Source of the DNA: a virus
Lineage: Duplodnaviria; Caudoviricetes
Reading direction: 5' to 3' (one strand)
Length of the DNA: 60,001 bases
IMG/VR virus record: IMGVR_UViG_3300036859_000134
Span: 1-60,001 of that record
Shown: in pieces, positions 8,576-16,313 of the stretch
How positions within the stretch are numbered: the stretch's first letter is position 1
How the letters are laid out: each line of letters starts with the position of its first letter
Made by a program: the position numbers and the translations under genes
Notes under the pieces: generated by a model
What the model was told of the DNA's origin: nothing
The model's input: only the letters and a program-made list of their open reading frames with translations
Database searches by the model: none

Positions 8576-8986
8576 TCAAGCGGCCAGGTGAATCAAGCGG
8601 ACGGCTCGGGCGCAACCTTCGTAGCTCTTGTGGCGGTAGCTCTGGGCGCCGTTGCGGAAGTGGCAAAGCCAGGCGTAGGAGGCGCCGTACTCTTCGTTGG
8701 TCCAGTGCCAGTCGGGCTCGAACTGGGCCTTGGCGTTGGCATAGAGCAGGGCCGCTACAGGGCGCGACGGCAACTGCCCGCCGACCTCGTCGGCCCATGC
8801 CATGGACTGCTGCCAGGTCATGCGCTCCTGCGCCTTGTTGGGCAGCAGGATCACGGCGGCGTGCTGGCCGGTGGGCAGCGTCGTGACGCCGGCAAAGATG
8901 CCGCCTTCGAGCTCGGCGCCAAGCGCTGGGAGAGAGGCGAACGAGAGGGTCGCGGTTGCGGTGGATTCTTGAGCGATGGCTTCCAT
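8576..8986 (-). CDS. DGR target protein 2 (DUF1566/CLec-like)
   Basis: 136 aa; GGIFAG...W..SM.WA..VGGQLPSR..AALLYAN...WHWT...YAWLCHF..G.Q...KSYEGCARAVR; VR2 at 3' end. Confidence 0.9.
   Translation of the reverse strand: MEAIAQESTATATLSFASLPALGAELEGGIFAGVTTLPTGQHAAVILLPNKAQERMTWQQSMAWADEVGGQLPSRPVAALLYANAKAQFEPDWHWTNEEYGASYAWLCHFRNGAQSYRHKSYEGCARAVRLIHLAA
8597..8685 (-). repeat. DGR variable repeat VR2
   Basis: Versus TR: 11 substitutions, all at TR adenines (AAT>CTT, AAC>CAC, AAC>CGC, AAC>GCC, AAC>AGC, AAC>TAC, AAC>CGC). Confidence 0.95.
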
Positions 8987-9077
8987 GGATTGCTTTCGTG
9001 GTGGGTGGGTTGATCAGGCGCCGCGGGCCACGCGGCCGCATGTGCCATGCGTAGCGCTCGCGGCGGCCATGCAGTCG

Positions 9078-9923
9078 TCAGGCGCAGGCGCCCATCAGCA
9101 GAGGCACGGCGCCGATGCCTTGGCGGATGATTTCGATCAGTTCCTTGGCCGCGCCTTCGTGCACGCGGTCTGGGCGCACCAGCTCGTAGAAGAAGCTCAC
9201 CTTGCCCTGCGAGAGGCGGTACTTGAGGCGCGCGGTGATGCTCCAAGCCGAGCCGGCATGGAACACCGGGATGCCGATCGCGAAGCGCTCGAACATCTGC
9301 ATCGTCTCGGTGGTACCGGCGTCCGGGTCGGCGATGTAAGTCAGCCGCACGCCGCCGCTCTGCAGCTTCACCGTCGACTTCAGCACGCGCTCCTCGTTGG
9401 CCACGAACTCGGTGGCCATCGCATGCATTTGCAGGCTCGTGGGCAGGCCAATGGCCGTCGACGTGATGTCGTCCTCGTGCTCCTGAATCCACTCGGCGAA
9501 GTTCACCTGCGGCATCGACTGCGCGTTCTTGCCGACCCACGCCTTCCATTCAGCGCTCATCTCCGGCGAGAACACGGCCTGGTGGCCACGCCAGCCGGCG
9601 AGGCCCTTCGCGTGCTCGTCGATCACCGCGGTGAACGTCAGCGCGAAGGTCTGCGGGTCGAACCGGCACCAGGTCACCGTGCCGTCTTCGGCGTGACGCT
9701 TCACGTACTCGATGAAGCTGGCCGCGTCGCTGAACGAGGCCTTGGCCTTCGTGCGGCGCGGGTTCGGCAGCAAACCTTCGGTGTCGATCTGCTTGAGCTC
9801 GTAGCCCTTGGGGACGGCAATCTGCAGGATGGCGTCGCCCTCGGCGCGCTGCTGCGTGTGCACGATCGCGGCCTTGGGCAGCACGTCGGCCAGCGTCTCG
9901 GCGATGTTCTTCTGGTTTTCCAT
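9078..9923 (-). CDS. DUF2303 (YfdQ-like) protein
   Basis: P.R......D..SFI.YV.RH...A.ID.H......W..H.A......S.EW..W....M.Q..FAEWI...F.IGIPVF...ARLKYR. Confidence 0.85.
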   Translation of the reverse strand: MENQKNIAETLADVLPKAAIVHTQQRAEGDAILQIAVPKGYELKQIDTEGLLPNPRRTKAKASFSDAASFIEYVKRHAEDGTVTWCRFDPQTFALTFTAVIDEHAKGLAGWRGHQAVFSPEMSAEWKAWVGKNAQSMPQVNFAEWIQEHEDDITSTAIGLPTSLQMHAMATEFVANEERVLKSTVKLQSGGVRLTYIADPDAGTTETMQMFERFAIGIPVFHAGSAWSITARLKYRLSQGKVSFFYELVRPDRVHEGAAKELIEIIRQGIGAVPLLMGACA

Positions 9924-9952
9924 GGTGGGTGGTGGTCCTCGTGGTGGAGTGG

Positions 9953-10312
9953 TCAGGCCGTACGGATTTCGCCGGTGGCTGGATCGACGGAGCGAACTTC
10001 CGCGGGCTTGCTGGACTCGACCGTGCGCAGGTCCAGGCTGCGCTGGTTCGGGTTGTTGAGCGACAGGTTGCCCTCGACGGTCGGCCACAGCAGATCGCCA
10101 TCGGGCTTGAGCTCCGGCGTCTTGTTCGTGACCTTCGCGAGGATCTCGATCGCGCCGCTGGACTTCTTCAGGTCGAGGGTGATGGTCAGCTTGCCGGCCT
10201 TGCCGGTCTCGTCGACACCCTTGACGAGCTCGGCCAGCTGCTCGCTGCACTGGTCGAGGAACAGGCCGCCCTGCAGCAGGCGCAGCGTGTCGGTGATGGG
10301 TCGGATGCTCAT
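9953..10312 (-). CDS. Conserved phage protein (usual partner of DUF2303)
   Basis: RPITDTLRLLQGG...L.ELV..V.ETGKAGKLTI...T.EGNL...NP.Q..L.L. Confidence 0.8.
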   Translation of the reverse strand: MSIRPITDTLRLLQGGLFLDQCSEQLAELVKGVDETGKAGKLTITLDLKKSSGAIEILAKVTNKTPELKPDGDLLWPTVEGNLSLNNPNQRSLDLRTVESSKPAEVRSVDPATGEIRTA

Positions 10313-10347
10313 GTCGTCCTTTCTGGTGGTGGCTGAGCGGGTGGCGA

Positions 10348-10596
10348 TCAGGCCTGCGCGGCCTGGGCTTCGTCGTCGAGCACCACGGCGTGCTCGAACT
10401 TGCCGCGGATGGCGGCGCCGAAGTACTTGCCGACGCTCTCGGCCTTGGCCAAGCCTTCGGCGACCTCGGGCGGCACGTCGCGGTACTGGTAGACCTTGTC
10501 GCCGCCACTGTTGAAGCGGATGGCCAGCACGCGGTTCACGGCGTCGTAGCCGTGCGCGGCGATCTGGCTGGACTTGACGGGGGTGAGCGGGATCAC
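10348..10596 (-). CDS. KTSC domain protein
   Basis: V.SSQI...GYD.....L.I.F..G...Y.Y.DVP.....L..A.S.GKYF...IRG.F. Confidence 0.92.
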   Translation of the reverse strand: MIPLTPVKSSQIAAHGYDAVNRVLAIRFNSGGDKVYQYRDVPPEVAEGLAKAESVGKYFGAAIRGKFEHAVVLDDEAQAAQA

Positions 10597-10618
10597 GGAG
10601 GTCCTTTCTTGGTGGTGG

Positions 10619-11152
10619 TCAGGCGGCGGGGCGCCAGGTGAAAACGCTTGCGTTGCTGGCGTGCTCGCGCCAAGCCTTGTTCTTGGCGATGCGGTCGATC
10701 AGCGAGTGATGCACATCGAACTCGGCTGCGAGCTTCAGCAGCGACTCGCCGGCGGCGCGGCGACGGCGGATCTCGCGCGCCTTGTCCATGTCCAACTTGG
10801 CCTGAGAAGCGCGCTTCAGCCGCTGCTGGTGAGCGACGCGGTCGATGCTCCTGGCGAGCAGCCCGCGCTGGCTTGCGAAGGCCATCTGCTGCCTCTTGGT
10901 CACCGGCAGCATGTGCTCCAGGTTCAGGCACAGCGGATTGCCGCAGCCCTTCGGCCCGTACATCGTCACGTTCCGGTTCTCGCACAGCGGGCCCTTGAAG
11001 TACTCCCAGACCCATCGACGCAGGCGCACTGTGTAGTTGGGAGGGCCATCGCTGGCGCAGGGTCCGCCGTCGCCTGACCGTCCGCCTGTCCAGACGAGGC
11101 ACCCGCCGTCCTCGATGCAGCGCGCGTAGATGGATTCGGGGGTCAAAGCCAT
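10619..11152 (-). CDS. HNH/His-Cys-box nuclease-like protein with C-terminal HTH
   Basis: GCLVWTG...RRWVW...G......CGNPLCLN.EHM..VT; C-terminal KL....AREIR.....GES...LAAEFDV...I.RI...K.W. Confidence 0.7.
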   Translation of the reverse strand: MALTPESIYARCIEDGGCLVWTGGRSGDGGPCASDGPPNYTVRLRRWVWEYFKGPLCENRNVTMYGPKGCGNPLCLNLEHMLPVTKRQQMAFASQRGLLARSIDRVAHQQRLKRASQAKLDMDKAREIRRRRAAGESLLKLAAEFDVHHSLIDRIAKNKAWREHASNASVFTWRPAA

Positions 11153-11346
11153 CACCGTGCACCCTGGGCCGGGAAGGGCCACGCGGCGCGCGGATTCAGC
11201 ACGCCACCACCACGCAGCGGCATCGCGTCTTCGTCGTCGATGTCGCCTTCGTCGTCCTCCTGGTCGAGCAAGTCGTCCTCCAGCGGATCGGAGTGCTTGC
11301 GCTGGACGGCGGCCAGCCGGGCCGCGCGGATCTGGCGGCGGCTCAT
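11152..11346 (-). CDS. Small acidic hypothetical protein
   Basis: Coupled ORF; D/E-rich centre, LNPRAAWPFP tail. Confidence 0.5.
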   Translation of the reverse strand: MSRRQIRAARLAAVQRKHSDPLEDDLLDQEDDEGDIDDEDAMPLRGGGVLNPRAAWPFPAQGAR

Positions 11347-12257
11347 GCTGCGGCTCGCAGAGACTTCTTCTCGAACACGCGAACGCCCGGGAGCTTCGTG
11401 TTCGCACCGAGGCCGCGCACGTAGGCGCGCAGCTTCACCTCGTCGGCGCGAACAAGGCTCACCAACTCGGGATGCGCGGCGATGTGCTTGACCAGATCGG
11501 CGAGGTTCTCGACCTCGAAATCGAAGGACTTGGCCGTGCTGATGCCGGTGGCCCTCACAGGAACCGCGGTCACCACTGGCGCGACGATGACCTGGGCTGT
11601 CTGCTGGATTGCGGCGACTTCGAGCGCGGCGTTCTGCGCGACGGTCTCGGCCTGTCGGGTAGCAGCCGCTGCGGCCGCGGCATCTGCCTCGCGCTGACGG
11701 GCGGCGGCGGCTTCGGCCTCTGCCGCTGCGGCAGCGTCTCCCGCAGCCTTCGCCGCGGCGGCTTCGGCGGCCAGGCGGTCATGCTCGGCCTTGGCCGCAG
11801 CGGCGCGCGCGGCTTCCTCACGGGCCAGACGCTCACGCTCGGCCGCGGCGGCCTGCTCGCGCGCCCGCGCTTCCGCCTCGAGCCGAGCTCGCTCCGCCGC
11901 GGCGGCTTCCTCGGCCTTGCGGCGGGCCTCGGCAGCGATGCGCTCCTGCTCTTGCTGGTAGCCCAGCATCTTGGCCTTGATCGTGTCCTCGGCCGATTTC
12001 AGGAACGAGGCGGGGCCGCGGAACAGGTCATTGATCGCTCGCAGCGCCTGGTTGATCGGGCCGGTGATCGACGTGCGCTGCTCTTCGATGCTGTTCGCCT
12101 TGGTCTTGATGGCCTTGAGCTCGTCGGCGGCCAGCGAGTAGGTTTCCGGGGAGTCGATCACCATCGACTCGACCATGCGCAATGCAGCCTGCGCGCGCTG
12201 GGTCATCTGCGCCTCGTCGGGGGTCTGAAGGGAGGCAAGGGCGGCGAGGGGATTCAC
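11343..12257 (-). CDS. Long coiled-coil phage protein
   Basis: AAGGA RBS, GTG start; A/E/R-rich helix; ends KLPGVRVFEKK, typical of recombination-module companions. Confidence 0.75.
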   Translation of the reverse strand: MNPLAALASLQTPDEAQMTQRAQAALRMVESMVIDSPETYSLAADELKAIKTKANSIEEQRTSITGPINQALRAINDLFRGPASFLKSAEDTIKAKMLGYQQEQERIAAEARRKAEEAAAAERARLEAEARAREQAAAAERERLAREEAARAAAAKAEHDRLAAEAAAAKAAGDAAAAAEAEAAAARQREADAAAAAAATRQAETVAQNAALEVAAIQQTAQVIVAPVVTAVPVRATGISTAKSFDFEVENLADLVKHIAAHPELVSLVRADEVKLRAYVRGLGANTKLPGVRVFEKKSLRAAA

Positions 12258-12844
12258 TTGAGGTTCCTTTCGTTCCAGCGGTAAGAGGTGAGCTTCGCGA
12301 GGAACACCGGCCAGTCGTTCGGCTCGGCGAACTCGTGGAGCTTGTAGGTGCCGTCGTTCTTGAGTTGCAGCGCGGCGCGCTTGTAGGGCCCGTCGTAGCC
12401 GAGCCACCCCTTGGGCAGCGCGTTGACGTAGGCCGCCGTCTGCAGCCCGACAGCGGGGTTGATCGACAGGGGCGTCTTCCAGTCCACGAGCCAGCGCGCG
12501 CCGTCGAACTCGGTGATCAGGTCGAGCTTCCCGGCGTATCGGTGCAGCGGGTGATGCACGATCTGCTCGGTGGCGACGACGTGCGTGCACTTGTGCTGCT
12601 TGAACAGCCGGTACGCGTCGAGGTAGGGGCGGACCTGCGCGTGCACCGACTCCTCGACGAGGTCGCCCGCATCGTCCAGTTCGCAGGCGAGGTGCACCGC
12701 CGTGCCAAGCTCGGCTTTCGCCTGCAGCACGTCGGGCGCCACGCGCGAGAAGTCGTAGCAGTCCTTCAGGACCTGGGTGACGGATGGCACGCGCACGCCG
12801 TCGATGGCGTATTCGTGCTTTTCGGGCTCGAAGGTGACCATCAC
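12254..12844 (-). CDS. PD-(D/E)XK exonuclease
   Basis: VPSVTQVL, GTAVH, YAGKLD, LVDWKT, QTAAY; adjacent to Bet. Confidence 0.85.
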   Translation of the reverse strand: MMVTFEPEKHEYAIDGVRVPSVTQVLKDCYDFSRVAPDVLQAKAELGTAVHLACELDDAGDLVEESVHAQVRPYLDAYRLFKQHKCTHVVATEQIVHHPLHRYAGKLDLITEFDGARWLVDWKTPLSINPAVGLQTAAYVNALPKGWLGYDGPYKRAALQLKNDGTYKLHEFAEPNDWPVFLAKLTSYRWNERNLK

Positions 12845-13797
12845 GCCATCGCCAGCAGTTCAGCCTTCAGGGCGTCGAACTTGTCGACGGTGATGGTCGT
12901 GTCGAGGGCGGCGATGCCATGCCGGGACAGCAGTTGCTTGACGGCCTCGGCATCGAGGTCGATCGACGCGATCTTGTTCTCCAGGTACTTGACCTGGCCG
13001 GCGTTGATGCATGCCGCCTGCGTCGCCGCTGGCGCATTCGGCTTGTCTTTGAAGGCCACGTCCTGCGCCTCGCCATTGGTACTCATCGGCGGCGACGAGT
13101 CGGTCGCGCTCTTGCGCTGAGGCATCAGCGGCGCGCCGCGCACCACACCGGTGTCCGCGTCGATCTGGTCGGCATCCAAACTCTTGCCCTCCATCTCGTC
13201 GGCGGTCGGCGCGGAGCCGACGGCGTCGGGGAAGCCCTTGCGCAGCGCCTGCGCCTCGGCGCACTTCGCCAACTGCCCATAGGGGCGCTTCTTCCACATC
13301 GCGTTCGGCGCGCTGCTCTTGCGGCTCTTGGTGGCGTAGTTCTCCTTCCAGCGCTCGATCGCGCTGTAGGCCACAGGCGCCGAGAGACCAGGCAGCAGGC
13401 GGTAGACGGTGACCCGGCACCATGCCGGGAAAGTGATCTGCACGCCATCGAGCGCCTCGACGACGTCGGGGCCGAACTCGGGCTCGCTCTGGCCGGCGTA
13501 CTGGCCCGTGCGTTGCGCCTTGGTGCGGTACAGGCCGATCCCCGGCATCACCACGTCGCGTGACTCGGTGATGTCCCAGCCATCGCTGTCCTTGCGGCCG
13601 GTGGGGACCTGCATCGGCACGATGTGCACCGGCTTGTCCATCGGATCCAGGTCAGCGGCCTTGCAGTAGCCAAGGACGGCAGCGACGCTCTCAATCTTGG
13701 CGCCGGGGTAGTGGCTGTCGCGCAGCGTCGCGATCAGTTCATCGCGGGAGATCGGCGCGGCAAGCGCGCCTTCCGCCTTCGGGACGATGTTGGACAC
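12841..13797 (-). CDS. bet: Phage recombination protein Bet (RecT/Redbeta ssDNA annealing)
   Basis: YCKA..LDPM.KPVHIVPM, VMPGIGLYR..A.RTGQYAG..EPEFGP, W.KRPYGQLAKCAEAQALRK.FP. Confidence 0.92.
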   Translation of the reverse strand: MSNIVPKAEGALAAPISRDELIATLRDSHYPGAKIESVAAVLGYCKAADLDPMDKPVHIVPMQVPTGRKDSDGWDITESRDVVMPGIGLYRTKAQRTGQYAGQSEPEFGPDVVEALDGVQITFPAWCRVTVYRLLPGLSAPVAYSAIERWKENYATKSRKSSAPNAMWKKRPYGQLAKCAEAQALRKGFPDAVGSAPTADEMEGKSLDADQIDADTGVVRGAPLMPQRKSATDSSPPMSTNGEAQDVAFKDKPNAPAATQAACINAGQVKYLENKIASIDLDAEAVKQLLSRHGIAALDTTITVDKFDALKAELLAMA

Positions 13798-13828
13798 GAG
13801 CGAGTTCCTTGTTGGTGTGGGACAGGGA

Positions 13829-13948
13829 TCAGAAAGCGCGAGGGCCAGTGACGTAGCGCCACAGCGCGCGCAGCGTGCGTGCGATCCGACGGGCCGCCGG
13901 CTCGCGGTGGTGCTCGATGGCGCCGGGCGCGAAGGGGTGGCGGCTCAT
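13829..13948 (-). CDS. Small basic peptide (39 aa)
   Basis: MSRHPFAPGAIEHHREPAARRIARTLRALWRYVTGPRAF; ATG overlaps the upstream stop. Confidence 0.5.
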   Translation of the reverse strand: MSRHPFAPGAIEHHREPAARRIARTLRALWRYVTGPRAF

Positions 13949-14028
13949 CACAGACCTCGCGACGCGATGAGGATGGCCGCCGCGATCGCGCCGAGCACGA
14001 TGGCGCCGAAGAAGTGCAGAGCCTTCAC
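13948..14028 (-). CDS. Small hydrophobic peptide (26 aa)
   Basis: MKALHFFGAIVLGAIAAAILIASRGL; GTGA overlap with upstream gene. Confidence 0.5.
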   Translation of the reverse strand: MKALHFFGAIVLGAIAAAILIASRGL

Positions 14029-14315
14029 GCCAGCACCCCCGGAAGGCGATAGCCCGCGGGCGCGTGCTGGTTCCAGAGCGCGCCGCTCGGGTCGACCTCG
14101 CGCTGCAGGATCCGCAGCTGCGCGCGCTCGTCGGCGCCGCGCATCCACACCTTGTGGTCGTCGCTGAACTCGTAGGCGAACTCGTGCGACTGCAGCAGCC
14201 GGATGTAGGCCTCGCGCTGCACGCGGCGCGCGATCACTGTGGACGACTCGATGTCGTCGAGGATGCCCGCGAAGATCGGGTGCAGGTCGCGGGCGATGAC
14301 GGCGGCGTCACTCAC
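14025..14315 (-). CDS. Hypothetical protein
   Basis: L..HEF.YEFSDDH.VW.RG...D....LWN.HAP motif. Confidence 0.7.
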   Translation of the reverse strand: MSDAAVIARDLHPIFAGILDDIESSTVIARRVQREAYIRLLQSHEFAYEFSDDHKVWMRGADERAQLRILQREVDPSGALWNQHAPAGYRLPGVLA

Positions 14316-14400
14316 GGCGACTTCCCTTCGGGTCCCACAGGACCATGCCGAAGACGATGGCCATCACGAGCAGCGGCCAGAGTGCGATGAGGGGGCTCAC
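14308..14400 (-). CDS. Small hydrophobic peptide (30 aa)
   Basis: MSPLIALWPLLVMAIVFGMVLWDPKGSRRE; GTGA overlap with upstream gene. Confidence 0.5.
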   Translation of the reverse strand: MSPLIALWPLLVMAIVFGMVLWDPKGSRRE

Positions 14401-14774
14401 GCTTCACCCCCGATGGCGACGATCAGAGGAGCCTGTTCGTTGGCGTAGGCGGACGCGATGGTTTCGCGCAGCGTGACGACGTCGGGGCAGTGGCTGAAGC
14501 GCAGCACGCTCAGCAGCGCCTTGCCGACCACGTCCAGATGCATGGCTTCGGCGACGGCTTCGCCGATCGGGCAGGGCTTGACTACATCGCCAGACACGCG
14601 GTGCTCGACATGCGGCACGGTGTTGCGCTCGCCGCGCAGCGCGTTGAGCATCGCGGCGCGAAGCGATTGGCGCGCGTGCTCGATCAGTGCGAGGCTATCG
14701 CGGTGCGGCGCGACGGCGTGGGCGGCTTCGTAGCCGACGTGAATCTCGGGACGGTATTCGTGCTGCAAGCCCAT
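14397..14774 (-). CDS. First gene of the pL operon, hypothetical
   Basis: GGGAG RBS; directly downstream of pL. Confidence 0.65.
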   Translation of the reverse strand: MGLQHEYRPEIHVGYEAAHAVAPHRDSLALIEHARQSLRAAMLNALRGERNTVPHVEHRVSGDVVKPCPIGEAVAEAMHLDVVGKALLSVLRFSHCPDVVTLRETIASAYANEQAPLIVAIGGEA

Positions 14775-14809
14775 CGCGTTCTCCCATTGGTTGGTGGTGC
14801 GATGGGAGC

Positions 14810-14851
14810 AGTCTAGGCACAGATGCCTTAGACGTCAAGGCATATGTGCCT
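14810..14851 (-). promoter_or_regulatory. pL promoter with two operators (OL)
   Basis: Minus strand TTGACG (14838-14833), 17 bp, TAGACT (14815-14810). AGGCA-CAGA-TGCCT at 14815-14828 and AGGCA-TATG-TGCCT at 14838-14851. Confidence 0.85.
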
Positions 14852-15059
14852 TACGATGCCGACGGGTCTGCCAATTCAGTTACCTAATGCATTACGTAGT
14901 TTGGCTGCGACTGTTCCGGCATTCGCGCCCACAGGCTCACGCAGTGAGCTACCGTCGAGGAATAGTCGGTGTAACCGAGTGCTTTTCGGCCAATCGAGCC
15001 TAGCGAGCATCGGCGTAGATTGTCGAAGTGACCTGGATGTTGTTGGGGGGCAAGAAAGA

Positions 15060-15551
15060 ATGAACGATCCCTGGTTGTGCCTGACGGCACGCCGCGATGG
15101 CGAAGTCTTGGTTGTTGCGGCAGAGGGGACGCTCACGCTCCCCGGCATGCGCCAGGTCGCTGCCGAGACGGCGCGCGAGCTTCAATTGGAAGATGCGAGG
15201 GCGGTGCTACTTGATCTGCGGCGACCCATCCATTGCCTGACCGAGGCTGACTGGCAGCAGCTCTACGTGGATGCGCGGGGGCTTCGGGAGAGCATCAGCC
15301 CGCCAGTCATGCTCGTGGTCCCTAGAGCTTGCCGGGAGCCGGCGGACAAGCACTGCAGGAAGATGGCCAGGGACGGCGCCGTCAGGCTCGTGGCCAGCGA
15401 CTTCAGGGTTGCGCTTTCCTGGTGCGCTGACTGGCGCGTGCACTGGCCTTGGCCGCCGATGGCGCAAGCTCCTTCTTCGGCTCGTCGCGCGCCGGCCCCT
15501 GCATCACATCGAGCAGCGCCTGCATCGCTGCGTCGACAGCTGCTCTCCTAG
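15060..15551 (+). CDS. STAS/SpoIIAA-like hypothetical protein in the immunity region
   Basis: VLVVAAEGTLT...AVLLDLRR...VMLVVP...AL.W pattern; convergent with and overlapping the repressor 3' end. Confidence 0.5.
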   Translation: MNDPWLCLTARRDGEVLVVAAEGTLTLPGMRQVAAETARELQLEDARAVLLDLRRPIHCLTEADWQQLYVDARGLRESISPPVMLVVPRACREPADKHCRKMARDGAVRLVASDFRVALSWCADWRVHWPWPPMAQAPSSARRAPAPASHRAAPASLRRQLLS

Positions 15552-15960
15552 CCTCGGGTGAAGAGAACGCGTCGAGCCTTCGCTCGAGGTCGGCGACGTC
15601 AGGGGCAACGTTGGGTGCGTCGAGACCCCGTGACAGGGCCTCAAGGCGCTTGAGTTCGCGTTCCTTGGCGACCGGGGTCAGGAACCGGAAGCAGGTGACA
15701 AGTGCCCCTTCGGGGCCGCTCAGTTCGTCCATTGTGATCCCCCGCCGTCCGAGGTTCGGGGCGATCATCTGCCATGGCTGCAAACCGAATTGTTCGGCCA
15801 GGGCTTCGATCTTCTCGAGCGTCGGACTATTCTTTCCCTTCTGCATCCGCCAGACCGTCTTCTGATCGATCTTTCCTTCCTTGGCGGCCGAGCCTGTGCC
15901 CCGCTCCCCGAGCAGTTGGGTCAGGTTCTCCGAAAGGTACTCGCGCGCTCTTTTGATCAC
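15403..15960 (-). CDS. CI-like XRE-family repressor
   Basis: LSENL..L...AAKEGKIDQKTVWRMQKGKNSPTLEKIEALAEQFGLQPWQM HTH; divergent from cro-like gene; GTG start at 15960 preferred. Confidence 0.85.
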   Translation of the reverse strand: MIKRAREYLSENLTQLLGERGTGSAAKEGKIDQKTVWRMQKGKNSPTLEKIEALAEQFGLQPWQMIAPNLGRRGITMDELSGPEGALVTCFRFLTPVAKERELKRLEALSRGLDAPNVAPDVADLERRLDAFSSPEARRAAVDAAMQALLDVMQGPARDEPKKELAPSAAKASARASQRTRKAQP

Positions 15961-15961
15961 T

Positions 15962-16038
15962 AGGCAAGTTTGCCAAGCCTCAAAGGAGCCAGAGCAAGGC
16001 AAATGTGCCTTGACTGGTAAGGCAAGTGTGCCTAGGAT
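15962..16038 (+). promoter_or_regulatory. OR operators (three) and pR promoter
   Basis: AGGCA-AGTT-TGCCA 15962-15975, AGGCA-AATG-TGCCT 15997-16010, AGGCA-AGTG-TGCCT 16020-16033. TTGACT (16010-16015), 17 bp, TAGGAT (16033-16038). Confidence 0.88.
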
Positions 16039-16044
16039 GGAGGG

Positions 16045-16272
16045 GTGGATCATCAGACCGACCTCCTAGACCGCGTCGTAGCCGAGCTTGCTAACCGCAA
16101 GGGCGACCTGCTCAAGGTGTCCCGCGAGAGCGGTGTCGCCTACGACACGGTGCTTCGCATCAAGAACCGCGAGAACGACCCGGGCTATTCCAAGGTTCGG
16201 GCGTTGGCCGTCTATTTCGGCTTCCTCCCTGCGGACGCGCACGACCCGGCCCTCGTCAGGGCTGCGGCTTAG
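16045..16272 (+). CDS. Cro-like HTH protein
   Basis: VSRESGVAYDTVLRIKNRENDPGYSKVRALAVYF. Confidence 0.85.
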   Translation: MDHQTDLLDRVVAELANRKGDLLKVSRESGVAYDTVLRIKNRENDPGYSKVRALAVYFGFLPADAHDPALVRAAA

Positions 16273-16313
16273 CGCCGAACTGCCGTGCAAGCAACGTCAT
16301 CTCCGTCGACGCC

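Noticed and set aside
7413-8685. Three similar ~90-bp repeats as a CRISPR array or simple duplication
   Set aside because: No repeat-spacer periodicity or cas genes; mismatches are almost all at TR adenines.
8085-9041. 318-aa ORF as a single fused target
   Set aside because: Its upstream half is an off-frame reading of target 2; target 1 has its own AAGGAG RBS and ATG at 8543.
11640-11950. Ala/Glu/Arg-rich repeats as a DNA repeat element
   Set aside because: Low-complexity coiled-coil coding sequence only.
12254-12844. Cas4 / CRISPR adaptation gene
   Set aside because: No Fe-S cysteine cluster or cas context; sits beside Bet as a recombination exonuclease.
3888-13563. Long plus-strand ORFs over the left arm (3888-5594, 8976-10514, 11130-12284 and others)
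   Set aside because: Shadows of the tightly coupled minus-strand operon.
8041-14800. Recurrent GGTGGTGG tracts (8041, 9925-9950, 10325, 10612, 14793) as Chi sites or a regulatory repeat
   Set aside because: On the coding strand they are CACCACC-type unstructured spacers beside ribosome-binding sites; no fixed length or spacing.
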